Source: Halobacteriovoraceae bacterium | GTDB taxonomy: Bacteria; Bdellovibrionota; Bacteriovoracia; Bacteriovoracales; Bacteriovoracaceae | DNA length: 64,000 bases | Direction of reading: 5' to 3' | NCBI GenBank assembly: GCA_963719505.1 | Contig: CAVRCF010000003.1 | Span: forward strand, 320,001 to 384,000 | Part shown: piece after piece, positions 30,466-40,348 of the stretch | How positions within the stretch are numbered: position 1 is the first letter of the stretch | How the letters are laid out: every line of letters begins with the position of its first letter | Made by a program: the position numbers and the translations under genes | The notes under the pieces: generated by a model | What the model saw: the letters and a program-made list of their open reading frames with translations, nothing else | Told to the model about the DNA's origin: nothing | The model's database searches: none

Positions 30466-31664
30466 AAAAGCTCGAGAATCTTATGGGCAAGCTGACTTTT
30501 AGAAAGAGCGTGGCTTTCAATCACTTTTGCATTTTTAATAAAGTAGTATTCATTTTCATCGGCACCAAATCCTTTTTGTGCACTCGTCGCGCCGCTACTG
30601 ACAACATTTCCCACAAGAAGATCAACGGGCTTTTTGTTCCATTTCTTTATAAAGACGCTCTCATCACTGCTTGATTCAGCTGCAAAGCCGACAACTTTTT
30701 GTTTCTTTCTCGTCTTTAAGACTGAAGCCAAGACATCGACGGCTTGATGGAACTGAAGAGAATTGTTCATCTGATCTTTTTTAAGTTTTGACTGGGAGAG
30801 ATCAAACTCAATATCACTCATCGCCGCTGTTGAGATGTAAAGGTCACAGCGGTAAAAGTGCTGAGTCACAAGATCGTGCATTTTTGCTGTTGTCGCTGCT
30901 TCATAAATTTCTATATTTGGTAGATCTTTTAGATAATCAATTTGGTGAGTGCAATTAAAGCCTTTGATTAAAATCACTTTATAACCAAGCCCTAGGTATT
31001 CTTTGGCAAACTGGTGGCCTGTTAGACCTGTTGAGGCATTAGTAATGAAGCGCACGGGATCTAGTGCACTCATCGTCGCTCCAGTTGTGATAAGAATTGT
31101 TTTATTTTGGGGCTCAAGATTAATGATGGGTGTGACGTCGCAGATGAGTTCTACATCTGAGAGTTTTCCCGCTCCAATATCCCCACAAGCTAATTCACCA
31201 GACTTTGTTGGATGGATAAAGGTATGACTTAAGTCTCCAAGAGTTTTTAAGTTTTTTTGCGTGATCGGATGGGTGAGCATATTCGTATTCATCGCTGGAA
31301 AAATAATACAGGTCTTATCTCCAAGGGCTAAAAAAACACTTGAGAGAAGATCGTCACAAAATCCACCAGCAAGCTTGGCCAAAGTATTGGCACTGGCCGG
31401 AGCGATTAAGAGTCGATCACACCATTTGACCAGATCGATATGCAAAACTTTAGTATCACTTTCGTATTGATCGAGATTAAAATCATCTCCTGCTGTGTAA
31501 ACGTTTTTAGCACCAAGATAGTGAAAGGCTTTTGGGTTTAAAAATTCAGTGGCTCCACGGGAGACGATGACGCGCACTTCATGACCAGACTTTGAAAGTC
31601 CACGACAAATATCGAGCGCTTTATAAGCGGAAATTGAACCAGTGACGGCCAAAAGAATTTTCAT
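30462..31664 (-). CDS. coaBC: Bifunctional PPC decarboxylase / PPC synthetase
   Basis: TGSISAYKA, APASAN, PAMN, LACGD.G.GK, DPVRFITN.STG, VGFAAE. Confidence 0.95.
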   Translation of the reverse strand: MKILLAVTGSISAYKALDICRGLSKSGHEVRVIVSRGATEFLNPKAFHYLGAKNVYTAGDDFNLDQYESDTKVLHIDLVKWCDRLLIAPASANTLAKLAGGFCDDLLSSVFLALGDKTCIIFPAMNTNMLTHPITQKNLKTLGDLSHTFIHPTKSGELACGDIGAGKLSDVELICDVTPIINLEPQNKTILITTGATMSALDPVRFITNASTGLTGHQFAKEYLGLGYKVILIKGFNCTHQIDYLKDLPNIEIYEAATTAKMHDLVTQHFYRCDLYISTAAMSDIEFDLSQSKLKKDQMNNSLQFHQAVDVLASVLKTRKKQKVVGFAAESSSDESVFIKKWNKKPVDLLVGNVVSSGATSAQKGFGADENEYYFIKNAKVIESHALSKSQLAHKILELL

Positions 31665-32372
31665 TTATTTCACCATATTTTTTATAAAAAACAGTGCCTT
31701 ATGTATCAAATTTTCATCAACTTGTAAGGGGGAAGAAGAGGATTTTGGAAGATAGTTAAAAAGAGGTTTCGCGTTTCCACCTGTAATTACAATGACTTCG
31801 TAGTTTTCGAGGCTTATGACTTTCTCAATAGGTGTAAGATAACTCAATATTGCTCCTCGCGAAACGGCTTCCATCGTTGAATGAGGTCGCTTTAAGTAGA
31901 GGTCAAAGTCTCCTTGAGCTTGGGGAAGATTGGCCCCTCGAAGATAAGATTTTTCGATAATTTCAAGTCCCGCAAGTATATAGCCCCCAGCAAAGCCCAT
32001 AGCGTTGACCGTGTCAGCAGTTGTAAATGTGCCGGTATCAATAAGAAGAGCGGGAAGCTTTTTTGTTTTAAAATAATAAAAGGCGATGGCCAAGCGATCC
32101 AGACCTAATGTCTCATTGTAGTGAACAGGCATATCGATAAAGCGACTGTCTTTAAAGAGGGTTTTAATCTCCAGTGTTTCAAACGGCAGGGATACTTTTT
32201 CTTTTGAAACATTTGAGACGATGGCTTTTGTGTTCTTAGCTGTAAGAGTAAACTTCTCCATTGTCTGTTGCAACTGGGCTTGATCAAAAACTTGCAGGCA
32301 ATCACCACTGGGGTTGAAAAGAGCCATTTTTATTTTCGAATTCCCAGCGTCGACTGTAAGGATAAAGTTCAT
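31665..32372 (-). CDS. coaX: Type III pantothenate kinase
   Basis: VDAGNS.IK, LG.DR, IDTGT.TT.D, GG.I..G, ITGG. Confidence 0.9.
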   Translation of the reverse strand: MNFILTVDAGNSKIKMALFNPSGDCLQVFDQAQLQQTMEKFTLTAKNTKAIVSNVSKEKVSLPFETLEIKTLFKDSRFIDMPVHYNETLGLDRLAIAFYYFKTKKLPALLIDTGTFTTADTVNAMGFAGGYILAGLEIIEKSYLRGANLPQAQGDFDLYLKRPHSTMEAVSRGAILSYLTPIEKVISLENYEVIVITGGNAKPLFNYLPKSSSSPLQVDENLIHKALFFIKNMVK

Positions 32373-33136
32373 AGTGATTTCAGATATCCTTCGATAGCTT
32401 CTTTTTTTACACTGTGAAGATCAATGACAGGTTTGCAAAAGCTTGGAGGGTAGTCAGAACCTAGTTTGAGAAGGTCGTTGATAACTAAGACTTGTCCGTC
32501 CACGTCTGTGCCTGAACCAATTCCAATAGTGGGGATTGAGAGATTTTTTGTGATCTCTTTTGTAATCTCTTTTTCAATACATTCTAAAACGATTGAGAAG
32601 CATCCACTTTTTTCAAGCTCCAAAGCTTGTTGCAAGAGGCTTTGTGCACTTTTCTCATCTTTTCCATGAATATAGTACCCGCCTTGTTCGTGAACCGATT
32701 GAGGAGTGAGTCCGATATGTCCCATCACGGGAATTCCAATTTGGGTTAGTCTTTTAATAAGGGCCAGCTGATGCTCAAAAGCCCCTTCAAGTTTTATAGC
32801 TTCGCAGCCAGATTTTTGAAAAAGAGACGTTGCATTTTTTAATCCCTCTTCGAGAGTATTATAGGTTCCAAAAGGAAGATCAGCGACGACAAATTTTTTA
32901 TCAGCTCCGCGTTTGACGGCACTTGAGAAGATCTCCATCTCGTTCAGACTCACTTTTACAGTCGTGTCATAGCCCAAGATAACATTGCCAAGACTGTCAC
33001 CAACCAAGATGATATCCAGTTGTGTTTCTTGAAGTAATTTCGCTGTTTGATAGTCGTAGCAAGTAAGCATACTAAGAGTTCTACTCTGTTGAGCTTTCTT
33101 AAAGGATCTAATTTTTCTTGTGTCTAGTTTTTTCAT
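32369..33136 (-). CDS. panB: 3-methyl-2-oxobutanoate hydroxymethyltransferase
   Basis: MLTCYD, LVGDSLG, DLPFG, KLEG, GHIGLTPQ, IGIGSG...DGQVLV. Confidence 0.96.
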   Translation of the reverse strand: MKKLDTRKIRSFKKAQQSRTLSMLTCYDYQTAKLLQETQLDIILVGDSLGNVILGYDTTVKVSLNEMEIFSSAVKRGADKKFVVADLPFGTYNTLEEGLKNATSLFQKSGCEAIKLEGAFEHQLALIKRLTQIGIPVMGHIGLTPQSVHEQGGYYIHGKDEKSAQSLLQQALELEKSGCFSIVLECIEKEITKEITKNLSIPTIGIGSGTDVDGQVLVINDLLKLGSDYPPSFCKPVIDLHSVKKEAIEGYLKSL

Positions 33137-33142
33137 TTCTTC

Positions 33143-34057
33143 CTACTGGTAAAGATCTTTTTGCATTTTTTTATGGACGTGGGTTAGTTCTTGAGCTTCC
33201 CAAAAATCTTGAACTTCTTTTTTTACGGATTGAAAATCAACACTCTCAAGATCTTTGGCAAATTTTCCTGAATGAATATTAAAAAGAATTTGCTCCAGCT
33301 TCTTATCGAACTCACTATCAAAAAATATGCTTTTTCCTATTTGAGAGCCTGCAAGAGCATTGGGACTTATAAGGTCAAAGAACTTTGCTGGTCCAAGTTT
33401 AACCATCGTATTGGCGATGAGTTTCACTTCGTGCCAGCACTCAAAGAAAGCGACTTCGGCAGAAACGCCGCTTTGGCGAAGCTTATTAAAACTGTAAAGA
33501 GCACTGTAGGGGAGAGTGGAGCACAAAATAGTCTGCTCTGAAAATAGATCTGCAATCGTCTCATCTTGAACACTGGCCTCATGAAGACTTGTCAGTCCAA
33601 GATCTTTACCAAGAGTTAATATGATCTCTTTTAGTTTTTTATTTTTTAAATACTCAAAACTATAAACCCCACCATTTTTCCCACCTCTTTCAAATTCAAA
33701 GCGAAGCTCAGAGGCTATGGCCTTAGGAGCGAGAAGAATATGGTCTTGTCCGAATTGAAGAACATCTGAATAAACGATTGAGTAGCCATGGGCGTAAATA
33801 AATGAAGCTTGTGAATTTTGTGTAGATATTTTTTTAACAATTTCCAAGTGAGTTTCATCAGGTGTGAGCAGGGCAAAAAGTTTATGCTCAGTGGTCTTTT
33901 CAAAGTCGAAAGTTTTAAAGCCCAATTTGTGGCAAACTTTAAGGCTGTCAGAATTTGCTCTTAAGCCAACTTCAATTTCCCAGCCAGAATCCCGTAGATT
34001 TAAAGCCCAGGCCGACGCCTGATTTCCAAATCCAATAATTGCCAACCTTTTGTCCAT
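33143..34057 (-). CDS. ilvC: Ketol-acid reductoisomerase homologue (class I), probably serving as ketopantoate reductase
   Basis: IIGFGNQ...ALNLRDSG, PDE, AHG, APK, ET.ADLFSEQ, AFFEC.HE.KLI. Confidence 0.85.
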   Translation of the reverse strand: MDKRLAIIGFGNQASAWALNLRDSGWEIEVGLRANSDSLKVCHKLGFKTFDFEKTTEHKLFALLTPDETHLEIVKKISTQNSQASFIYAHGYSIVYSDVLQFGQDHILLAPKAIASELRFEFERGGKNGGVYSFEYLKNKKLKEIILTLGKDLGLTSLHEASVQDETIADLFSEQTILCSTLPYSALYSFNKLRQSGVSAEVAFFECWHEVKLIANTMVKLGPAKFFDLISPNALAGSQIGKSIFFDSEFDKKLEQILFNIHSGKFAKDLESVDFQSVKKEVQDFWEAQELTHVHKKMQKDLYQ

Positions 34058-34123
34058 TTTATCCTTATGTTCATAGCGTTAGTATCATGACAAGACTGTG
34101 GAATCAATGTAATATGAGGCTAT

Positions 34124-34804
34124 ATGGATAACTTTAGCTCAGCATTTCTTTATGGATCTTCGGTCTTTTCAACGGCCAAAGTCGAAGGCGGTGTGATCAT
34201 CGATTGGCGGGCCCACGTAAAGCGTTTGCTAGTGGGAATAAAGAAGTATTACTTTTTAGATTCTACTGAGAACCTCGCTAAAAAATTAAGTCAAATTCAT
34301 GCTCCTAAAGACTTTACTGGGGCCATACGCGTCACGGTTTTCGTTGCCAACTCAAAGTCCATGGATCAAAAGATCTTGGAAAATGATTTAGATATCAGTG
34401 TGAACCTTCGAAAAATTGCAAGCTTTGAAAGAGAACCTATTGTGTTAAAGCTTTGTAAGAGATTGCAATCAAGTGAGCTGGATGAATTAAAAATTGGCTC
34501 TTATGGTAAAGAGATTTACCTTCGCAAAAAGGCCAAAGCTTTGGGAGCGGATGATATTTTATTTTACGGTGAGGGGCTTGTCTTTGAGACGACTATTGCT
34601 AATATCTTTTTCAGAAAAGGAGACCAAGTCTACACGCCAAAAAGTGGTATTTATAAAGGTCTAACCAGAGAGAAACTCATCGATAACGCTGGTGTTATTG
34701 AAAAAGATATACATATTAATGAAATAGAAAATTATGATGAGATTTTTACAGCTTCAAGCCTTTTCGATAGGGTTGTGGTGAAGGAAATTATTGATGACAA
34801 ATGA
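34124..34804 (+). CDS. Class IV PLP-dependent aminotransferase/lyase family (IlvE/PabC-like)
   Basis: FLYG.SVF.T, H..RL, catalytic Lys in LKIGSY, ETTIANIF, TP...GI..GLTR. Confidence 0.8.
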   Translation: MDNFSSAFLYGSSVFSTAKVEGGVIIDWRAHVKRLLVGIKKYYFLDSTENLAKKLSQIHAPKDFTGAIRVTVFVANSKSMDQKILENDLDISVNLRKIASFEREPIVLKLCKRLQSSELDELKIGSYGKEIYLRKKAKALGADDILFYGEGLVFETTIANIFFRKGDQVYTPKSGIYKGLTREKLIDNAGVIEKDIHINEIENYDEIFTASSLFDRVVVKEIIDDK

Positions 34805-35024
34805 AAAAAAGAAATTAGAGGTAAACTGCCCTCACTGTAAGAAGGCATTTAATTATTATGATTCAACATTTAGACCGTTTTGCACGGAAAGATGTAAGAT
34901 GATTGACCTAGGCCACTGGTTTGATGAGTCCTATTCAGTTGCCGGAAGAGACAACTCGGTTTACATAGAAGACCCAGACGCAGTCAAAGAAATTATGGAA
35001 ATGAATGAAGACCTCGACTACTAA
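34794..35024 (+). CDS. yacG: DNA gyrase inhibitor YacG
   Basis: V.CP.C, RPFC.ERCK.IDLG.W. Confidence 0.9.
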   Translation: MTNEKKKLEVNCPHCKKAFNYYDSTFRPFCTERCKMIDLGHWFDESYSVAGRDNSVYIEDPDAVKEIMEMNEDLDY

Positions 35025-35853
35025 ACTTGAAGAGTATTTACAATTTGCCTTAGACACAAGCTACGAAGCGGGTGAGATTCTTTTGAAGTTTCAAAAGAAG
35101 AGACAAGAACTTCTTATCTTGGATAAAGGCTCAGATGGAATCGCCTCTGAGGCCGATCAAAAATCTGAGGATCTTATTTTGGCCGAGATTAAAAAATCAT
35201 ACCCCTCCCATAGGATTCTTTCAGAAGAAGATTTTTCAAAAGACAAAGAGAATCTCATTACGGATGCGGATAAGATAGAATACCTTTGGGTTGTTGATCC
35301 TTTGGATGGAACAAATAATTTTGTGAACGGTATTCCCATTTATGCCGTCTCCATAGGACTTCTTCATTATGGTAAACCCATCGTGGGCGTTGTTTACAAT
35401 CCAACAAGCGGTGAGTGCTTTCTTGCTTCAAAAGGCGCAGGTGCTTTTTTAATTGATTTTAGAATTAATCCCTTTAAGAAGTATCTTCTCAATCAAAGTG
35501 AAAATAATAAACAGATGAGTGAGTGCATCTTTTCTCCAGCGCCAACTTATGAAAAGACGAGAACTTTTGAGGCCCAGCTTTCAGTGTTCAAAAAAAATAT
35601 TATTGGTTGCCGAGCGGTGAGACGTCTTGGGAGTGCGGCTTTGGAATTATGTTATGTCGCCAATGGAAACTTCGATGGTTATTGGGAGAAGAACTTAAAA
35701 CCCTGGGACGTGGCCGCAGCTGGAATCATTTGCATGGAAGCCAATGTTCATTTAACTGACTTTGATGGTCAGGCTTATACGCCATTTGACCACTCCATCC
35801 TCGCCGCAGCCGATCCACTTCATAAAAGAATCCTTGGGAAAATAAAAGCTTAG
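35005..35853 (+). CDS. suhB: Inositol monophosphatase family (SuhB-like)
   Basis: SEE, WVVDPLDGTNNF, RRLGSAALELCYVA.G, KPWDVAAA. Confidence 0.88.
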   Translation: MKTSTTKLEEYLQFALDTSYEAGEILLKFQKKRQELLILDKGSDGIASEADQKSEDLILAEIKKSYPSHRILSEEDFSKDKENLITDADKIEYLWVVDPLDGTNNFVNGIPIYAVSIGLLHYGKPIVGVVYNPTSGECFLASKGAGAFLIDFRINPFKKYLLNQSENNKQMSECIFSPAPTYEKTRTFEAQLSVFKKNIIGCRAVRRLGSAALELCYVANGNFDGYWEKNLKPWDVAAAGIICMEANVHLTDFDGQAYTPFDHSILAAADPLHKRILGKIKA

Positions 35854-35855
35854 CG

Positions 35856-35884
35856 TTGCATTAAGCCAAAAATATTCCTATAAT
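35856..35884 (+). promoter_or_regulatory. Putative sigma70 promoter
   Basis: TTGCAT-N17-TATAAT upstream of GGAGG and GTG 35929. Confidence 0.65.
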
Positions 35885-35928
35885 TATACCAACTTATAAA
35901 AGTATCAGGACTTCCACGGAGGGAACGA

Positions 35929-36876
35929 GTGAATTCAATAATCAATTATGTTGAGAAGTACTCTGACAATATTTTTGTCATTCAAGTTTGGCTTCTCGTA
36001 ATTATTTTAGCTACCTTTGTGTGGGTCTGGTATTACAATCGTAAAAGGTATAACCACCTTAAACATCAAATTCCAGCAAGTGTTGTTAAAAATTATCTCG
36101 ATTCAATTATACAAAATTCTACAGCTTTAAAGTCTTCTCTTTTTCGAGGAGGGGGACTTGATGTAAACCCTGATAGTGTCCCTTCTGTTATGCCGCTTAC
36201 GGATCTTCCCGGTGGAACGTCGGTTAACGTTGACGATGGTGATGCCGATGCCGCTTTAAAAGCACAAGTGGCAAAACTGCAGTCTCAAATTGTTGATCAA
36301 AAAAATGTTATTAAAGATTTAGAAAATAATAACCACTCACTTGAAGATGTGATTGGTACTAAACAGGAAAGAATAATCGAGCTGGAAGCACTTTTAGCGA
36401 AAGCTCCAGAAGACTCTGGTAATAGTGGTGGCACTGATCCTGAACTTCAAATAAAACTAGATGAAGTGACAGCTGAGCGCGATGAACTGGCAGAAAATTT
36501 AAAACAATACGATATCATCTCAGGTGATCTTGCAGATCTAAAAAAACTGAAACAAGAAAACATCCAACTTCGCCGTGCCCTTGCTGAAAGTGGTAAAGAA
36601 CTTCCTGTCATGGATGAAGCAGAGGATGAACAAGAAGATGAACAAGAAGAGCCACAAGACAATTTAAAAGAATTTGGCTCAGAAAAAGAAGACGAAGAAG
36701 TTAAAATGGAAGAGTTTTCATCTGAACCTGTCGAAGAACCAGAGGCAGTGGATGAGGATGAGCCTGAGGAAGAAGAAGTTGTTGAAGCTGCAGCTGATGA
36801 TCCTGAGGAAGATGACGATGATGAAGAAAGCTCACCAGAAGATTTACTATCAGAATTTGAAAAAATGCTAAAATAA
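35929..36876 (+). CDS. Single-pass membrane protein with coiled coils and very acidic tail
   Basis: One TM helix followed by basic residues, heptad segments, and a D/E-rich C-terminus ending DLLSEFEKMLK. Confidence 0.8.
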   Translation: MNSIINYVEKYSDNIFVIQVWLLVIILATFVWVWYYNRKRYNHLKHQIPASVVKNYLDSIIQNSTALKSSLFRGGGLDVNPDSVPSVMPLTDLPGGTSVNVDDGDADAALKAQVAKLQSQIVDQKNVIKDLENNNHSLEDVIGTKQERIIELEALLAKAPEDSGNSGGTDPELQIKLDEVTAERDELAENLKQYDIISGDLADLKKLKQENIQLRRALAESGKELPVMDEAEDEQEDEQEEPQDNLKEFGSEKEDEEVKMEEFSSEPVEEPEAVDEDEPEEEEVVEAAADDPEEDDDDEESSPEDLLSEFEKMLK

Positions 36877-36883
36877 GGAAAGT

Positions 36884-37654
36884 ATGAAACTTATATTGAT
36901 CACAAGTTTACTCATCATAAGCCAGCTCTCGTTTGGAGCCGTCAAAAAAGAAGTAAAAGAAAAAGTTCCAATGGAAATTCAAAAGCATAAGCTTTTTCCT
37001 TCCTTTTTGAAAAAGTATAAATCAAAAGCCGAGCTTGATGGTTTAAGAAGTAAAACGATCGCGCTTAAAGGTAAGGCCGTGCCTCTTTTAACTTATGTGA
37101 TGAAATCAAAAGCTTTTCCTGAAAAAAATAGATGGATTGCAACCTTTGCTCTTGGGCAAATTATGGGAAAGAAGGCAGCTCCTTTTCTCTCAAAGTTTAC
37201 TCAGCATCCCAACTGGCTTTTAAGACTTGCAAGTTTAAAGTCACTCATGTCTTTGGATCAAAAACAGTACAAAGGGATTTACACGCGACTTTTATCGGAT
37301 AAGGCCATGATTGTTCGTCTTCAGGCTTTGGAGACAATTAAGCAGTTTGAGCTCAAAGAACTTGCTCCTTATGTCTGGGCGATGCTGTATGATGACCAAA
37401 ATTACTCTGGCGCTCAGGGCACAAGAAAGCGCGGAGAGATAATCCGCTCTATTATTAGAACTGTAGGGGATCTCAAGTTTGAAAAGGCCACAAAGCCGAT
37501 GCTGGCGATGATTCAAAAAAAGAAATATAAAGATATCCATGAAGAACTTGATTATGCTCTTTCAAAAGTGACTGGCAAGGCCTCTCCTGATGGAAACCTA
37601 TCGATTAAAAAGCACTTTTGGAGAACGGAATCGCTTAAGCTTGTAAGCTTGTAA
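36884..37654 (+). CDS. HEAT-repeat exported protein
   Basis: Signal peptide and repeated R..A...L units (RWIATFALG, RLASLKSL, VRLQALETI). Confidence 0.8.
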   Translation: MKLILITSLLIISQLSFGAVKKEVKEKVPMEIQKHKLFPSFLKKYKSKAELDGLRSKTIALKGKAVPLLTYVMKSKAFPEKNRWIATFALGQIMGKKAAPFLSKFTQHPNWLLRLASLKSLMSLDQKQYKGIYTRLLSDKAMIVRLQALETIKQFELKELAPYVWAMLYDDQNYSGAQGTRKRGEIIRSIIRTVGDLKFEKATKPMLAMIQKKKYKDIHEELDYALSKVTGKASPDGNLSIKKHFWRTESLKLVSL

Positions 37655-37712
37655 TTATTACCTAAGTCACCAAAATCCTTGAAAATGAATCGCTGCGTGC
37701 TAGTATCGTCAG

Positions 37713-38231
37713 ATGTTAAAAACATTTGTGCTACTTTTACTTCTCTCCTGTGCTCACGCTCACGCCTATCCTGCTAGTTGCCTGGCACAAGTGAAGATTA
37801 AAATGGAAATTTTAAAGTCTAAAAACCTAGGACTCTCTCAAAGTGTGGAGGATTCAATTGCTGATAATATTTACTACTTCTGTGATCTAAAGCTTCGAGA
37901 TGTCGAATCTTGGGCTTGCATGAATAGATCTTTTATCAGGCAAGATAGTAAATCTGACGTTATTCATATTGGGCCTCAGTATAAAATTTGGTTTGAGGGA
38001 GTGAACGAAGAGGGAGTCTCACCTGAAGTTTTCGCCTACCAGGAAGATCCCCAAAATGGTACCCACCGTCTTAATACCTATATTTTAAATAATGATTTCA
38101 AGCTGATGCTTAGAGGTTCGTCGCCAATAAACTTTAGGATGTATGGTATGACCGTGGATAATCGCCAAGGCAGAGATAGAGCTTTCCATAATGTAGAGTG
38201 TTTTGATGTAAGAGGGCTAACGAACTACTAG
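37713..38231 (+). CDS. Exported hypothetical protein
   Basis: 172-aa ORF with a signal peptide. Confidence 0.65.
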   Translation: MLKTFVLLLLLSCAHAHAYPASCLAQVKIKMEILKSKNLGLSQSVEDSIADNIYYFCDLKLRDVESWACMNRSFIRQDSKSDVIHIGPQYKIWFEGVNEEGVSPEVFAYQEDPQNGTHRLNTYILNNDFKLMLRGSSPINFRMYGMTVDNRQGRDRAFHNVECFDVRGLTNY

Positions 38232-38740
38232 AAATCTTCTAGTGCTTCTTTTTCTCGAGTTTTATCAATAACCTTTAACTTCTTATCTATTTCAATCAGT
38301 CTCTCAATTCTATAAAGAAGAGTTTTTTCTTGGATAATATCAGTGGGCTTCTCTTTCCAACCTTGAAGAAAATCATTCTCCACTCTTTGTCTTTTAAAGA
38401 CTGTCACCTTTGTTACTTTTCGACCATAGCTATAACCTTCGGCGACATTAATAAGCAGCTTAAACTCGGCAGCTTTAATAGCATCTTTACTTCCAAAAGA
38501 GTCAGCGAAATTGACTTGAAGAGTATTGTCCATCCACCTTGTTTTTATTTTTCCAGACTCTTGGTTTTGATAGGAGATATCAAATCTTTTCATTACTTGA
38601 ATAACAGCTTGCCAAGTTTGGTTATAATCAGAAGCGTAAACTTGTGAAGGAATTTCAAGCTCCTCTGTTATCATCTTAAACTTTTCGTAAGAAGCACAAG
38701 AAGAGAAGAGGAATGTTAAAATGAGAAGTGCTTTAGTCAT
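38228..38740 (-). CDS. Lipoprotein (BamC/NlpB-like helix-grip pattern)
   Basis: FSSC lipobox; W.AV..........G.IKT.W pattern; coupled to lnt. Confidence 0.65.
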   Translation of the reverse strand: MTKALLILTFLFSSCASYEKFKMITEELEIPSQVYASDYNQTWQAVIQVMKRFDISYQNQESGKIKTRWMDNTLQVNFADSFGSKDAIKAAEFKLLINVAEGYSYGRKVTKVTVFKRQRVENDFLQGWKEKPTDIIQEKTLLYRIERLIEIDKKLKVIDKTREKEALEDF

Positions 38741-40316
38741 GTCTTAATCTTATCCTTAAAAGATGAAAAATAAAATAAAGAATCCAAAGAGGGAATATCG
38801 TCAAAAGACCAAAGCGCTGAAAGAGCGTTCTATCATTGACACCAAAGTTTGTTTTTATATCTAAATTTCCTGTTTTAAAAACCCCTAAACGTCTACTTTC
38901 TGTTCCATCAGGGTAAATAATAGAGCTAATACCTGTGTTGGTTGATCGGATGATGGGGATATTAAATTCAAGAGCTCTCCACTTGGCCAAAAAAAGATGT
39001 TGCTCCGGCTCCATGGTCTGACCATACCAAGAGTCGTTGGTAAGATTTATCATAAAGTGAGGCCTGTTTTTCAAAGAGTTCAAATAATCTCTAATGAACT
39101 CAGGTTTTAAAAGTTCATAGCAAATTGTACTGATAAACTGAGATCCATTTTCCAATTCAAAGACTGTAAATCGATCGCCTTCTTTGAAAAAGGAAATATT
39201 TTGAATATACGAGCTAAGGTATTTATTAAAGGGACCAAACGGGAGAGTTTCTCCAAAAGGAATGAGCACTTGTTTATTGTAGTGGTCAAGAAGCTCTCCA
39301 CTATCAGAGATATGAAAAGCTGTATTGCTTTCGGTTTTAAAATAAGAGCTGTCATCGTTTTTTCTTTGACTATCGTAACCACCAACAAAAAGATTAGAAT
39401 TTTGATTAATAGCAATCTGGGTCATCACAAGAGGGATATCGGTCTCACTCATTTGTTCTAGGTTTGTTCGAAGAGAGAACGGATAAGCTGTCTCAGGCCA
39501 AATTATAATATCTAATGCAGAAGAGAAGGGGCTGGGTTTATTAGAGAGACTTTTATAGCGATTGATAACTTGACCTACCGATGCGTAAGTTCCTTTTTCT
39601 GAATCAATTTTTAAAAAATTAGAGATATTGGCCTGAACGATTCTTATATTCGTCTCAATTCTTTTTGAAGTATTTGTTTCTGGAATGAAAAAGGGGTTAA
39701 GAATAATAAATAAAATCACTGAGGCGTAGTTGAAAATATTAAATTTTTTGTTCTTAAAGAGCGAGAGAAATTCAAAGACCAGCAGATAACTAAAAAAAGA
39801 ATAAATAGGAAGTCCAGCGATATGAGCGAAGCCCAAGTATTGGCTTAAAGCGATAATCGGTTGCCCCAAAAAGACGTTGAACTGCTGAGGCACCAAGTAC
39901 TCACAAAGTGTGAGAAATAAAGCGAGAACAAAACTAAAAAGTCCGCGATCAAGGTTTTCGAGTGTTCGACTATCTTTTTGAAAAAAGTGAATGATAAATA
40001 AAGCAGCCCAGTAGTGGGGGGTGATGATAAGACTAAAAAGAGCGTTGAGTAAAATCGCCACAGGATAAGGAAGGGCACCAAACTCCATCAACGTATTGGC
40101 GATCCAATAGAAGCCTGTCAGATTAAAGGCGAGATTAAAAGTGAGAAGGTAGAAGATCTTGGTCTTGAGCTTGTCCGTATTTAAGACAAAGAAAAAAAGA
40201 ATTCCCACGCCAATCATAGGTGTGATGATAAGGCTTTGAGAGATGAGGCTTGGATAACCTAAAGCGTAGAGAACACCTGCAAAAAGCAAAAAAGCGTATG
40301 GTTTGATTTTTTCCAT
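38733..40316 (-). CDS. lnt: Apolipoprotein N-acyltransferase
   Basis: Multi-TM, VQANI, WPETA, K..LIPFGE, ICYE, TNDSWY, RSTNTGIS. Confidence 0.94.
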   Translation of the reverse strand: MEKIKPYAFLLFAGVLYALGYPSLISQSLIITPMIGVGILFFFVLNTDKLKTKIFYLLTFNLAFNLTGFYWIANTLMEFGALPYPVAILLNALFSLIITPHYWAALFIIHFFQKDSRTLENLDRGLFSFVLALFLTLCEYLVPQQFNVFLGQPIIALSQYLGFAHIAGLPIYSFFSYLLVFEFLSLFKNKKFNIFNYASVILFIILNPFFIPETNTSKRIETNIRIVQANISNFLKIDSEKGTYASVGQVINRYKSLSNKPSPFSSALDIIIWPETAYPFSLRTNLEQMSETDIPLVMTQIAINQNSNLFVGGYDSQRKNDDSSYFKTESNTAFHISDSGELLDHYNKQVLIPFGETLPFGPFNKYLSSYIQNISFFKEGDRFTVFELENGSQFISTICYELLKPEFIRDYLNSLKNRPHFMINLTNDSWYGQTMEPEQHLFLAKWRALEFNIPIIRSTNTGISSIIYPDGTESRRLGVFKTGNLDIKTNFGVNDRTLFQRFGLLTIFPLWILYFIFHLLRIRLRHD

Positions 40317-40348
40317 ACGCTTATAGTAAATGATTTAATTGTTTTTGA

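Noticed and set aside
36620..36830. GAA/GAT-rich repetitive DNA
   Set aside because: Explained by the Asp/Glu-rich protein tail.
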